NCBI GenBank assembly: GCA_002633005.1
Contig: NMRA01000592.1
Location: 195,656 to 259,655 of the forward strand
Reading direction: 5' to 3'
DNA length: 64,000 nt
Source of the DNA: Phoronis australis
Lineage: Eukaryota > Animalia > Phoronida
In this document: one piece after another, positions 51,547-64,000 of the stretch
Position numbering within the stretch: position 1 is the stretch's first letter
Layout of the letters: every line of letters begins with the position of its first letter
Translations under genes and position numbers: made by a program
The notes under the pieces: model-generated
Told to the model about the DNA's origin: nothing
Database searches by the model: none
What the model saw: the letters and a program-made list of their open reading frames with translations, nothing else

Positions 51547-53089
51547 ATTTCCGATGTAATACTGCACGTGTAACAATTCCGTCCAAAGTGCTCACATTTT
51601 GTGCGAGTAGAACTGTAAGATGAGTTTGGTTTTGTTGTACAAGGCATTTCTTAATTGAATGTCCACGTAATTGTTGGGTAGAGAATAGAGTGCAGGGTTT
51701 TCACAGTTTACTGCAGTGGTTTGGTCAAGTCAAAACTGCCACGTTTAAACTACAAAATAAAATCAAGCTTGCAGCAGCATGTCTAGCAGTAGAAGAAAAT
51801 CAGCGAGTCGATTTGTGATAAATTAGGAATGGTTATTCAAGATATTAAAAATCTGGAATTGTAGAGTGAACATTCAGCTTGTATGCTGTCAATAACTCCT
51901 GATGTCTTTGAACCCAAACAATCGACAACAATAAGATAAGTGTGTAACCTTTAGCAGGGTTGGCTGAAATAGCTTGGATATTATTGAGTGCTTTTCAGCT
52001 TGGTTACTCTAGCCAGTAAGCATTATTCAAGCCAGGTGATTTTAGTATTTCGCGGTTGTTGATTTTTGGACAAATTTCGACAATTAAATTTCGAGTCCTA
52101 GAAATCGTAAGACATCAGGAGCATCTATTGAATTTTTAAAAACATACATTTGATATTGCATTATATAAAAATTAATTAGTCTGTAGGTACAAAAAATTTT
52201 GTGACATTTTAATGTTCTTAACAAGAAGGCATTTATTTTTTAGTAACTAGATAACAAATTTACGAAGTCACCACTTCGCAAAGGACAGAACTTTGATCTA
52301 TTCATTATTTTCACTACTTTTAGGGATTTGAAGAGGCAGTTGACTGCTCCGTCATAATTTTATATTCCTTGCATTTGTTGCTATGGCTCCAATTTTATCT
52401 GAGGTGGTAATCCCACTTGTAACCAAGACAACTTGGATTTTTACTAGGACAGGTTTCACAAACAAGTGGTTTATGATAAGAGTCGCCCTGTGCCAATATG
52501 GAACATAGTCAAACTAACACATTGCAATGTTTCACAAGTGCTGCAACTGCCATGGACTGATCTTTGATAAAATGGGATGCCATTGTTTTTAATGTTTTAT
52601 TTTATAATTGATTTTTAAATATACACACTTGTATATATTCTTACCAATGTGTTGTTCTTTGCTAAATGTGTGATTGAAGATCATGAGTGAAAGTGAGACT
52701 GGAGAACACTGTACACAGCTTGATCACTTTCACTGGATTTGCAGCAGCAATAACAGAGCACACTACCGGGTTGTCCAACTGTTCTGAAATGTTTGCAGTA
52801 AAGATAAATCGGGACAGGTTATGTGTCTAAAGTACATGTACCTCTTATTATGTGAAATCTGCTCTAAGCAACATGTATGTTAACAACAGCATTTTTCTGT
52901 CTCCACTAGTTTAAATGCTGTGCAGGTTTTAGGGGAATGATACCTTTTCTGAAGGCACTGTTTGTCAGTTTGGCACATTGTTCACCACCGCCTTAGCGCG
53001 GAACTCCACGACCGCCATCCACTGGCAAACGTTACGTATGCAACGATCTCTGTTAAGGCAAGGGATGTTTAGATTTCATTCATATTTTG

Positions 53090-53320
53090 TAAAGATGTAG
53101 GTGGGGTAACGCCAGGGGTCATTCGATTTTGGTGACCTTGAAATTTTTTTCCAAGATCAGAGCGCAATGATTGAAGTTTTGACTTAGGAAAAATGTTGGT
53201 GGCACATTATCTTAAGATTTTGCACACATTCTGTACCGAGATGTAGGTGGGGGCAACTTCTGCACCTATCGGTTTTGGTGATCTTGATCTTAATTTCAAG
53301 GTGACTAAGAGAAAATGTTG
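53090..53320. mobile_element. remnant of a gtgaccttga/tcaaggtca-type non-autonomous repeat
   Basis: two ~145-bp-spaced units gatgtaggtgggg...ttttggtgaycttga...; resembles the Helentron-associated repeats abundant in molluscs. Confidence 0.4.
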
Positions 53321-53334
53321 GCGCAATTTATAAA

Positions 53335-53563
53335 TAAGGGAGCTTTACACCTTTAGATCCCGGTCAAATTTGGCATCGTGTGAAAGTTCATTTTTCAAGT
53401 AAACTTGTCTCACTTAAAATTTACTTTTTCCACAATATTAGCGCCAAATGGCAGAAACAACTGTGTAATAAGCCACGATTTGGCGGGAAACCGAGGACGG
53501 AGTCGAACCCGGGACCCTAGAATTGGTGGTCGCCGACTTTACCACTACACCATGCAGCGACTG
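53335..53563 (-). mobile_element. tRNA-derived SINE (or tRNA pseudogene)
   Basis: minus-strand Pol III A box TGGTGTAGTGG (53542-53552) and B box GGTTCGACTCC (53499-53509) at tRNA spacing; no good acceptor or anticodon stems; 3' edge approximate. Confidence 0.65.
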
Positions 53564-55759
53564 ACGTCATCAAGAGTGAAAATAGAATAAAAATAAGCAC
53601 GCGCAATAATCGCACGTTCAACAAACCGCATTGTACTGTACTTATACGTTACGAAAAATAAGACACATAATTTCCATAAAAATGATATCTAATTCAGTGA
53701 AATTTTTCTCTCATGTCCTCTTACTTGTAAATCGCCGATCTCTACTTTGAATGCGGGTATCGTGTCGTCAGGATCTTTGACTTGAGAATTATATTCAGTT
53801 ACCAGTGGTAACCTACTTTAGCAGACGATTATTTCCCGGTCGAAGCTTAGCGTGAAAAAAACGTGTTTTAAGCTATAATAGTTGGTAAACCTTAATTTAT
53901 AAATTCAATTTATTTCTATTATATTTAAGTTTTCAATTGGTTTTGAGTAAAAGCATTATTTGACAAAAATAGCCCTGCTTTTCTTAAAGTGTCACGACCT
54001 ACGACCCCGTGCCTCTGACATAGAAAGTAGTTACAAAGCCGTGGAGAGTCGGAAAAAGTAAATCGATTCATTGCAATGTTTCTCGTTTAGTAAGTGGAAT
54101 AAATACGCCCCTCGGGCGATAATTCTCCAAAATCCACTCGGACTCTAGATAACGGGGGATAACGACTTCGCCATGTAATAATCTATATTTATCACGCGTT
54201 TTGGAAACAAAGTGTTGTAGATAATCACCTGGCTTATCTTTCCACAAAAATATTCACCGTGACGTATAATTATATCTTCAAAAGTGCCTATACGGTGAGG
54301 CTCAACAAAACTATTCATTTGTGCTATTGGAATGAATTTTGAGTTTCCGAAAATAGCGCCACTTTACCGTATGTGTCAACAATAGAACAACACCAAACGG
54401 CAAGTCACCACCTCCAAAGAACAAGGCTATCCGGAATTTCCGAAATTGGGCCCATCGGTGCATATTCGGAAAACCACATTTCAAAAACCTCAAAGGAACC
54501 GGAAAGGGGGAATGTTGTCGTTAAAGTTGTCATCTATACCATGCGAAAACAGCTAGTTAACAACAAAGTAACCCTTATCTGATTGAAAAGATGGTCTGGC
54601 ATTTGAGCGAAATTGCGATCCCAAAATAATATGTCTTGTTAAAATAAACAAACTTTTACATCAAAAACATATTACAAACGTATTTCAGAACAATCCACCA
54701 AATTTTTAAAATATCCATAGACGCACTTTTGGAAATTTTTCCAAAAACACGCCTTTGGACTTACTTTTGGATGCTCCTACCGGTAAGCACGACTCCGGGT
54801 GGTACAACTGAAATCAAGGCTTATGAACAAAACTGTAATGAATATACCTACGATGTACTTCCATAGGAACAATAAAATGATCAACACAACTGCCTCTATT
54901 AGTGTCATCAGTGAAAAATATGTACATAACTCTATATACTAAAATAAACGTATATGTAAGTGCCAGTCAGTGATAAAAGAATTTATCGTAATCTTCTTTG
55001 CCCGGGGTACTCCACGAGCTATATTGCAGAGTGAAACAAGATGAGGATTGAGAATGATGTCATTTATTATGACGTTAGTAGAACTAAATAAGACTCCGTA
55101 AGATGGGCATGGAAAAAACTCCACTGGCGTGTACAATGAATTGCCCTTACTGATGGAACTACAACAAAAGAACTGCCTAAAGGGCCCAAAGAAAATGTAC
55201 AGATTATAACCAAAAAACTTGCAAAAGGCCTAACAGGTAAGGTATAATGAGAAAAAAAATTGAACAGACACTCGGGATGGGGGGTGGGAAAATGCAGTAT
55301 ACATAAATGCCTCAGGAAATACATGTCTCTGGCAATACTAAAATACATACATGGCTGTATCTTACATGCTTCTGTCAAGCGGAAATTTTTTACAATACCA
55401 TACAACATTCACATAAATAAACACCGTCTCTGGTATAGACATGATTTGTAATTCTCAGACTTGGAAGGTATAAAATCATGGTCACCATTCACTGAAAAAC
55501 AGCACTGTCAATAACACGACTAATTTTTTTTAATAAAAATGTTTAAAATGAGTTCTCAGAAACGTCGCTGTTTTCTAAGTCACTCATTTTTGTTATATGC
55601 AACCTGTAATTTCTTCATGAAATTATTGAAAGTCCCAGTATTGCCGCTAGCGCCTCATGCAAAGTACTAATAGAACGCTACAAAAACAATCCCTAAAATC
55701 GTGTTGCGGAAGAGTGCAATACCTGAAAGTTTCATTTGAATACGATCAGCCAACTTCCA

Positions 55760-56062
55760 ATACTCGTAGATTAAATATAAGCACGCGCAAATTAAGCAAA
55801 AGTACATGTGGATTAAGCAAAAGTACACGTGAGATAAGCAAAAGTACACGTAGGTTAAGCAAAAGTACACGTGAGATAAGCAAAAGTACATGTAGATTAA
55901 GCAAAAGTAAACGTAGGTTAAGCAAAAGTTCACGTATATTAAGCAAAAGTACACGTAGACTAAACAACACCGCGCGTATATTAAACAAAAGTACGCGTAG
56001 ACTAAGTACATTTCAACGCGCAAAAAGTTGCTCGTTTAAGAACTCTTTGGCACTTCGTACTA
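55760..56062. repeat. 21-bp minisatellite (ttaagcaaaagtacacgtaga), probably internal to a non-autonomous DNA element
   Basis: about 12 tandem units; 7-aa periodicity in the overlapping ORFs. Confidence 0.9.
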
Positions 56063-56118
56063 GACAAGCAGACGACAGTATTTCAAAGCATATAACCTTG
56101 TCAATCAAATAAGAGACC

Positions 56119-56372
56119 TGGGGCCCGTTTCAAAAAATGAGTTAAGGTCATTTTTGACTGATGTCTAAGATTTCTCTCAACTTCCAAACTTTGAAACTTC
56201 GACATCCGATAAGATAGTAGAACGTAAGACAAAATTTAAGTAAATAACTTAAGTCAAACTTAAGGTCACTTTCTTGGGACAGCCTTAAGAAGACAAATTG
56301 AAGTGCTATCTTAAAATTGGATTGCATTTAAGATTTGTCTCAGCTAAGTCAGTTTTCTTGGATCGACTCCAG
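56119..56372. mobile_element. MITE, PIF/Harbinger-like (second copy ~63538-63792)
   Basis: imperfect TIRs GGGGCCCGTTTCAAAAAA / TTTTCTTGGATCGACYCC flanked by CTG/CAG; internal cttaag-rich repeats. Confidence 0.5.
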
Positions 56373-56716
56373 GAAACGAGAGGAGAGAAGCATCAGCAGT
56401 CGTATACTAAAACAAATATGGACGCAATTTCTCGGGAATGGCAGGTAATATAGATCGAGAACGGCAACACTGCTCTCCCTCGTTGGTCCATTTGATCTAA
56501 TATTACTTTCAGGATCCGTCCATATTTGCATACAATTACAATTCTTAGCAATGAACTATATGGATTCGCTAGGTTTCCAAGCTTAAGTTATGAGTCAACA
56601 TAATACAAAAATAAATAGTTATTGTGTTTTTCAATCATTCACATACAATGAATAATCATGAAACGCAAGTTCCGAAAGACGCCTGAAAGTTCGTTATGTA
56701 ACGATACAGTTGGCAA

Positions 56717-58578
56717 CTAACACGACATGTCAAGAACTGAATAGGGGACATACCGTTTATCACTAATGCGCCGGAATCTGCGAGAGAGGAGGTTTTTTGT
56801 TAGTCCTCTCAACAGGAACAATCCATATTTTTCATATTCTAAGGCCGCTTGAAGTTTATATAAATGCACAACGAAGTCACTGTGTTTGGACATGTTCCCA
56901 ACCGCTTCCGACATCAGGGCAATCAAAAAATTGAACATCATTACTGGAATAACGAAAACAAACACTACATGAACAAGCATAGGGGATACTTTTACACCAC
57001 TTTGAACCGAAACCATGTTTAATGTGGCTAAGAACGTGTTGTACAGATTCGTATCCATGGAAGCAAATCCAGGATGGGTTTGAAACAAAATAATATAGAA
57101 AACGAGTGAGAAGGAAAATAATAAGAATAACAGGATTATCAAAAATTTAACTACAACTATCAGCATTCTCTGGAAAGCTATAATGTAAAAGCTTATAAAT
57201 CGCATAGGCTGCACATAGTACATGAATGACCACGTGGTGGTAAAACAGGACAACATAACCATGTATTCCAACAAAAAATTCATGCTGCACTGTGCGTACG
57301 CCTGCACGGTCATCCATGCTATGAAAGAATCGCACTGGATACATATGAGAAGTACATCGTTATGTACAATGTAATGCTTTCGTGTTTTTCGCTTATACCC
57401 ATATTTGAAATATTTTATTGCATACCAAGCATCGAATGCCCCAAAAACAAGATTATGTATTATAGCGCTGTATAACATTATTAACGCAGAGAACGCGAAG
57501 TACAACATTATGCTTGGTAAAGGCAAAGTCTTTACTGGACAGATTGCCTGTGCGTCGTACGTGAAGTAGTAGTCATGTTCAGTATAGTTCGTTTGTGTGT
57601 CATTATGTGACAAGTTATCATTCTGTGCAGATATGGACGGTATGTAAAACATAAACGTCGTGCAAAGAGAGGACGCAAATATAATAAGACGAGATACTAG
57701 TGCCATGACATATATCGGAAATGCGTTTTCAATAACTGCGTCTGCGGTTGGTTTCAGGAATTTGAAGTAGACGTCTTTAAATCCATCACGATTTAAGGTA
57801 ATGAAATCTATGTGCCTGACCAGTAACCTCAACGGTGAACGATGTAAACGAGTGCTGTTTGCTCCATGGTACTCGGTGATATCGTGTAAATATGTCAGCT
57901 GAAGACCGTCTCTCTCCACCGCCACGTAGACACCCTCGGTGCTGAAGAGGGAACTAAAAAACTTAAAGCTCCCAAGTCTTATTGCTAACTCTAGTGGTCG
58001 AAATTGTCGACTATTTTCTGTGAACAATATTCTTTTTAAAGAATGCACGCCATCCTTTTGCTGAAGATAAAACCATTTAATTCTGTCTCGTAAACGTCAC
58101 AGTACGAATTATCGGAGCGGGGCCATGCACTCGCAAACATGTCGATCATGTGGAAGACGTTGTTTACATTGGCCTCTTTTGCTTCTTCTAAGTCGACACC
58201 AAATTCCAGTAACAGTCCGACTAATGCTGTAGACTTGGACATTACAGCAAGCGTAATCGGGTGAATTATTGAATCAGGGAAGTTTGCAAGAAGACAGTTT
58301 TTATCGTACACCTCACGACAAAGGTTCAGTTTGCAGTTATTCATATTGGTGTATGATGAGAGATCACCGTGCAACAGTTCATGACGGCCGCGTGCATCAA
58401 GTTGGTTAAGTATCAGCCTAGCCTGAACGTCATCTCCAGTTCTCAACACATTGAACCACTGTGACACACGATCTGTACACATGTCTTCGCTGTCCAAATC
58501 TTGTAGAGTCATGTCTCCTGAATAGTAGATCGTGGGGTACACTGGCAGTGGCTGTACTTTACCTTCGAAACGTCCCAT
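56717..58578 (-). pseudogene. intronless TRPV-like ankyrin + 6TM cation channel (~620 codons) with one frameshift; pseudogene, null allele or assembly error
   Basis: ankyrin-like HPITLAV..LLLEFGVD, NNVFHM, RPLELAIRLG; pre-S1 YLHDITEY; S4-S5 WSFMYYVQPMRFISFYIIAFQRML; pore helix LYNTFLATLNM; S6 MMFNFLIALMSEAV, all colinear with TRPV5/6 motifs; ORFs 58036-58584 and 56717-58048 overlap in different frames; acceptor tcag| just upstream of ATG 58578. Confidence 0.8.
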
Positions 58579-61500
58579 TTGCAACCTGACTACTGATGTG
58601 TATGACGAATAGGCCTACAAGTAGGCTATATATATATATGTGTGTGTGTTTCATTGTTGCTTAATTGACCATTTTGGCGGCTACATACAGTCTTTAACAA
58701 TTACAGTTGATGTAGGTAGCTGAGGAGGCGTTACTCAGGATGTGTGACTAATACTGAAACAAAAGATGCCCTCTCTGCCATTTAAACCAGAAACACTTAT
58801 GATGCGCAGCAAATGGCATAATAATGCAAGACTAATTAATGTCATTAAGCACTCGGAAGCTCTGTGACGTTTACTTGGTGATCTCAATCAAGATTCAGTA
58901 AAGTAGCAAACACGGTTATTTGAAATCTAGTAGTTCGATGATAGTGAAGTGACATGAAATATCGATGGGTTGAGTTTAAATAAGACGATACAGCAATTGC
59001 AAAATTACGTCAAATGTCAAAATGTGAATTCTGATTGAATTTCCAACTGAGACTAAGTCGGACCCGAAAAATATTCCATACCTAGGTAAAAGCTAGGGTA
59101 GGGTTACGAAAAATACCTCATGGTATTTGTTACAGACTCAGGATGAAGCCTGAACATTCTGAACATTTAAATCTAAATCAGTAAAACCAGAAAAGTGGAG
59201 TCACTTTTGAAGGAGAACGAGAAAATAAGATAACACTGCAAGTCTCACGTTAAAAGTCTGGTACACTGAGGAAAAGTGCTCTCAACGCCAGAAATTATTT
59301 CCCATAGCATCACGGAGGAACTTAAAATAAGCTGATAACTTGGAAAGTGAGTGGATTGAAATCACTAAACTTGTTGCGGAATAAAGTGCAAACTGATCGC
59401 GCACGCAGATTGCGAAGACTGAGCCACAGTAAAGGTGGCATGCATCTATGCTTTTTTGCGTTGTTTTTTCTGACAGTTTAACATTGAATTGGGCTGAAAT
59501 GGTACTTATTTTTTTTCTTTCCACGGTCACCCTCATCTATGATCCATTTTGTTAATCCCAGGATAATTTTTGTAATAGATCTATCTTTATTACCACAAAT
59601 TATTATTTCTTGTTTCCTATATATATGAACTTATGTTTCTTATCAGGTCTACTTGCTGTTTTTCCTACTGCTTGATTTACTTAAATATTTTACGTATGTA
59701 TTAGTGTGTGTTATCTATCCACCTCATTGCTTAGCCAACCTATACCTACCGCCGCCTACCGCCATGACGCAATGATGAGCGAACACCTGCCAGCTGTTTC
59801 CTTGTGACGCTTTTTTATTGCCTATCGTACCAGAGGTTATTATTTTTACATACTGAAATTTGTATTGATCCGTATTCTTTGTAATTGTATTCTATCCTCG
59901 GTCTCAATTTCATTTCTGGACATATTTCGACCATGAACAGATAGGCCTACTACCAAGGATACGTTTCGAGGCGAAAAGAGTGTTCTGCGAGTATGCTCAG
60001 GAGCTTTCAGGCACAGATGAACGAAATGTCTGCGTTGTGTGTAGAGCATAGACTTCACATTAAGATGTCTATGGTGTAAAGTGGCCGCTCCTGGCGTGAT
60101 TTTGCATGGTCTTGCGTCATCTGATCTTGTATTCATTCGAGCTTCTCGCATCTACGGAATGCATCCCAGACAATATGTGTATCACACAGTCAAATGTTAA
60201 CTCGCCAGAATAGCAACTTGATCTCTGCTTAAAAGCATACGTGATTTCTTCTCAAAACAATGTCGCTCTTTAGTTCCTCACAAGGTTAAGTGGGATGACC
60301 AGACAAGTGGTACAGTGGTGGTGCTGTGGACAACAACTTGTACGAAATACCAAGCATGAAGGATAGAGGAATGTGGCCTTCTCGGCTGCGAGCGTTTGTC
60401 TGGACGTTTTTCTTTTACCCCCAGTTTAGAGATTCTATACACAGCGTGTGGAAGCAACTTCTGCTGTGGACATTTGTTCTGGGGAATCATTGGACATAAC
60501 CGTGCTTAGACAGACGTGAAAATGAGATGACAAGACTCAGTGCTCTGGGGAAATCACTGGTCCTTCTGGGTAGGATGTTAAGTGGAGTGGCAGGTTATGC
60601 GGTAGCCAAATGACAGCAAGGGCCAGCATGACTCTTTTTCGTGTTTTGTGATTTTAAAATAGAAGTTGTTGAAACTTACATCAAGTACCGTGAAGCAATT
60701 AGACACAAATGGAAATGCGCATCATTTGGTTCCCAAGTAGACTTGCCTGCTACGTGATTTTTGCCAATTTTAAATATGCCCTTTTAAAGACATTCTTGGG
60801 TGCGAAAATTGCTGCGGCAGCAAAGAATTTGGAAAACGAACACCTGGGAACCGGGAAAGCAACAGACCAAAGATGAATTTGGTTGAGTAATAATTTTACT
60901 ACGTTCTTAAACATGTAGCCCTGCAGAGCAAAGGCACTAGGCAAATTGTTCTCATGGTCTGCATTAGCACTGGCAGTTTTGTTAGGCTGAATAGATTTGT
61001 AAGACTCGTGTCAAAAAGCAGTGGTAAAACAGGAGGGCTGCAGTTGTTGTTCACTAAGGAACTGGCAAAATTCATTTCAAAGGGAAATTCTTCCTTTGCA
61101 AACTCCTTAATTTTGTGACTTCGACATTTGTGCAAACAAAATAGTTATCGCATTGCAAACTAGTATGTAAAAAGTTTTAATTTGAATCCACAGAGGAAAA
61201 CAATTTAATATTTATTAAACTTTTGTTGGGCATTTAAGTCTTGACTTTTGAGAGTAATGCTAGAAAGGAGGCAGGCATTGTTGGAGGTGCATTCCACTCA
61301 GATGGTTATCTTGACTTTCGTCACTCATCCATCGCTTTGTGATGGAATGTATGTTAAAATACTCCAAAACTACTGCCCAAAAACCTTAATAAAAATAAAA
61401 AAACACCGAAGCTGTCGTTTTATGGACTTACACGGATACTTTTTCTTCAACAACTTTAGTTGGGTCTCCCTCTTACGATAGCCTAGATCCGCCAGTGACC

Positions 61501-62117
61501 GAGACGCCGTAATCGACCGACTGTTGTGATGTAACAGTGGAGACAGGGACCCAAAGTTCAAAAAAAAAAAAATCCGGTACTGTCTCAAGGAAATCATGAT
61601 TATACAAACGACAATCGAGTTATGTTATGCTTTGTTGTCAGTTGAGCTGGGACAACACATCAGTAACGTTTTGTTTGTGAATAGATTGAAACTTGTTATT
61701 TCTCTAGTTGACAGATATTTGAACACTTTTATAACACGATGTCTCTGGTGAACAAATTCTATTTATGATCGACATATGTTTCGAATAGTAATAAATGATA
61801 CGTGCATCACAAGCTCGATACCAGAGATGAAAAGGAGACTGTGGTAGTCGATATAAGGTCATTTATTATAACTAATACAATTATAAGTACTAGATAGTGA
61901 ATAAAAATATGTAAAATACAAAATATACATCTCTGGTAAGATGGTCAATAAAAAAGAAAACCATTGTCATTGAACAAAAGTATGTACAGCGTCCGCATGA
62001 TCTCTACAATTTTCAACCACCTTCGAACCTCTTGGATATCACCATTTTGGACAAGCGCAATGGTGTCAAATTTGTGGAGGACGAGCCCCTGTGGATGTGG
62101 CAGCGGGTATTTTTGAC

Positions 62118-62494
62118 TTAAGGGACATTCTCGGTGAGAAATGTAGTTTTATGAAAATAAGAAGTAGCGCGGAATCCAACAACTTGTTAAAAGTCATAGT
62201 TAAATGAAGGAAGGGTGCTTATAATAATGTATGTCCTTTTTCTAAGTTTAGTTAATGTAGTACAAAAATAAAAATTTTGTCAGAGTTTTTGAATGGTAAA
62301 GACACCGGCATTGATTTCAGCGAATATCTGGCAGACAACTGTGAGAATTGGCAATTCGTAATAAAAGTCTCAAAAAACAACGAACTTTATTGTCTTTTAG
62401 CTCTGGTCAACCTAATATCGTCGTGAAGTCAATCCCATCTAACAATAATGCCAAAATGCGATTCTCGGTGATAAAACTGACGATGTTCCTTTAA
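62118..62494. mobile_element. possible Kolobok-type MITE
   Basis: TTAA-GGGACATTC ... GATGTTCCT-TTAA: imperfect TIR with TTAA flanks. Confidence 0.4.
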
Positions 62495-62672
62495 AGCAAT
62501 AGTAATTTGGTACTGCTTTAAACAGAGTGGGTTCAGGCTCAGGTGAATACCAGTGTGATGACTGGGAAATAAATATCAAATTAGACAAGACAGAATGACT
62601 AATACAGAAATCAGTCGCTGGGTTGGGGGATTGTCCCCTAAGAATTGTTCGTAATCATGTCATGCATTCGGC

Positions 62673-64000
62673 GTATACATAAATGCCTGAGTAAATACAT
62701 GTCTCTGGTAATACAAAAATACAAACATGGCTGTATCTTACATACATGGCTGTATCTTACATGCTTCTGTCAAGTGGAATTTTTTTACAATACCATACAA
62801 CATTCACATAAATAAACACCGTCTCTGGTATAGACATGATTTCTAATTTTCAGACTAGGAAGGCATAAAATCATGGTCACCATTCACTGAAAAACAGCAC
62901 TGTCAATAACACGACTAATTTTTTTTGAATAAAAATGTTCAAAATGAATTCTCAGAAACGTCGCTGTTTTCTAAGTCACTCATTTTTGTTATATGCAACC
63001 TGTAATTTCTTCATGAAATTATTGAAGGTCCCAGTATTTGCCGCTAGCGCCTCATGCAAAGTACTAATAGAACGCTACAAAAACAATCCCTAAAGTCGTG
63101 TTGCGGAAGAGTGCAATACCTGAAAGTTTCATTTGAATACGATCAGCCAACTTACAATATTCGTAAATTAAACAAAAACACGCGTAACTTAAGCAAAAGT
63201 ACATGTGGATAAAGCAAAAGTACACGCGAGATAAGCAAAAGGACACGTAGATTAAGCAAAAGTACACGTAAGTTAAGCAAAAGTACACGTGAGATAAGCA
63301 AAAGTACACGTAGATTAAGCAAAAGTACACGTAGGTTAAGCAAAAGTACACGTATATTAAGCAAGAGTACACGTAGACTAAACAACACCGCGCGTATATT
63401 AAACAAAAGTACGCGTAGACTAAGCACATTTCAACGCGCAAAAAGTTGCTCGTTTAAGAACTCTTTGGCGCTTCGTACTAGACAAGCAGCCGACAGTATT
63501 TCAAAGCAAATAACCTTGTCAATCAAATAAGAAACCTGGGGCCCGTTTCAAAAAAAAATGAGTTAAGGTCATTTTTGACTGATGTCTAAGATTTCTTTCA
63601 ACTTCCAAACTTTGAAACTTCGACATCCGATAAGATAGTAGAACGTAAGACAAAATTTAAGTAAAAAAATTAAGTCAAACTTAAGATCACTTTCTTGGGA
63701 CAAACTTAAGAAGACAAATTGAAGTTCTATCTTAAAATGGGATTACATTTAAGATTTGTCTCAGCTAAGTCAGTTTTCTTGGATCGACCCCAGGAAACGA
63801 GAGGAGAGAAGCATCAGCAGTCGTATACTAAAACAAATATGGACGCAATTCCTGGGTAATAGCAGGTAATATAGATCGCGAAAGGCAACACTGCTCTCCC
63901 TCGTTGGTCCATTTGATCTAATATTCATTCACATACAATGAATAATCATGAAACGCAAGTTCCGAAAGACGCCTGAAAGTTCGTTATGTAAGGATACAGT
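62673..64000. repeat. segmental duplication copy 2 (runs off the window)
   Basis: matches 55297-56710, with a ~130-bp deletion (equivalent to 56505-56635), an 18-bp local duplication and a slightly longer minisatellite. Confidence 0.95.
63158..63480. repeat. 21-bp minisatellite, second copy
   Basis: same unit as 55760-56062. Confidence 0.9.

Larger units (their letters stand above)
55297..56710. repeat. segmental duplication copy 1 (3' flank of the TRPV-like gene)
   Basis: colinear, near-identical to 62673-64000. Confidence 0.95.

Noticed and set aside
53490-53563. Functional tRNA gene
   Set aside because: Acceptor and anticodon stems do not pair convincingly; better treated as a SINE head or pseudogene
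55657-56112. Leu-rich and SKSTRR-repeat ORFs on both strands (also 63064-63441)
   Set aside because: By-products of the 21-bp minisatellite, which is open in several frames; no splice context
58030-58050. Programmed -1 frameshift via TTTAAAA at the ORF overlap
   Set aside because: The heptamer is not in the required X XXY YYZ register of the upstream frame (it reads CTT TAA); an indel is simpler

Overview
Eukaryotic, AT-rich animal DNA, probably a lophotrochozoan such as a mollusc (inferred from repeat families and an intronless TRPV-like gene). No prokaryotic features. About 2.8-51.4 kb is one large + strand multi-exon locus whose exons I chained by hand using GT-AG sites and phase continuity. 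It has three parts. (i) An acidic, disordered N-terminal block (2815-15773) containing symmetric phase-1 exons that carry a repeated 19-aa motif resembling SDLESxxTEDFxxxF. (ii) A 2.9-kb terminal exon (19114-22033) with a KRAP/SSFA2/Tespa1 (ITPRID)-like 'LLYHLGFGG...PERF' motif. (iii) A 22-exon, ~1040-codon coiled-coil block (24774-50796). Parts ii and iii both start in phase 2, matching the 15773 donor, so they may be alternative C-termini of one gene. They could instead be two adjacent genes, because a candidate first exon lies at 23325. Further candidate internal first exons and duplicated or mutually exclusive exons are present. At 56717-58578 (- strand) is an intronless TRPV-like ankyrin/6TM channel with one frameshift. 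Its 3' flank is duplicated at the window end, implying a tandem TRPV array. Minisatellites, MITEs, a tRNA-derived SINE and a LINE 3' fragment are scattered throughout. All calls are by eye, without searches or expression data.
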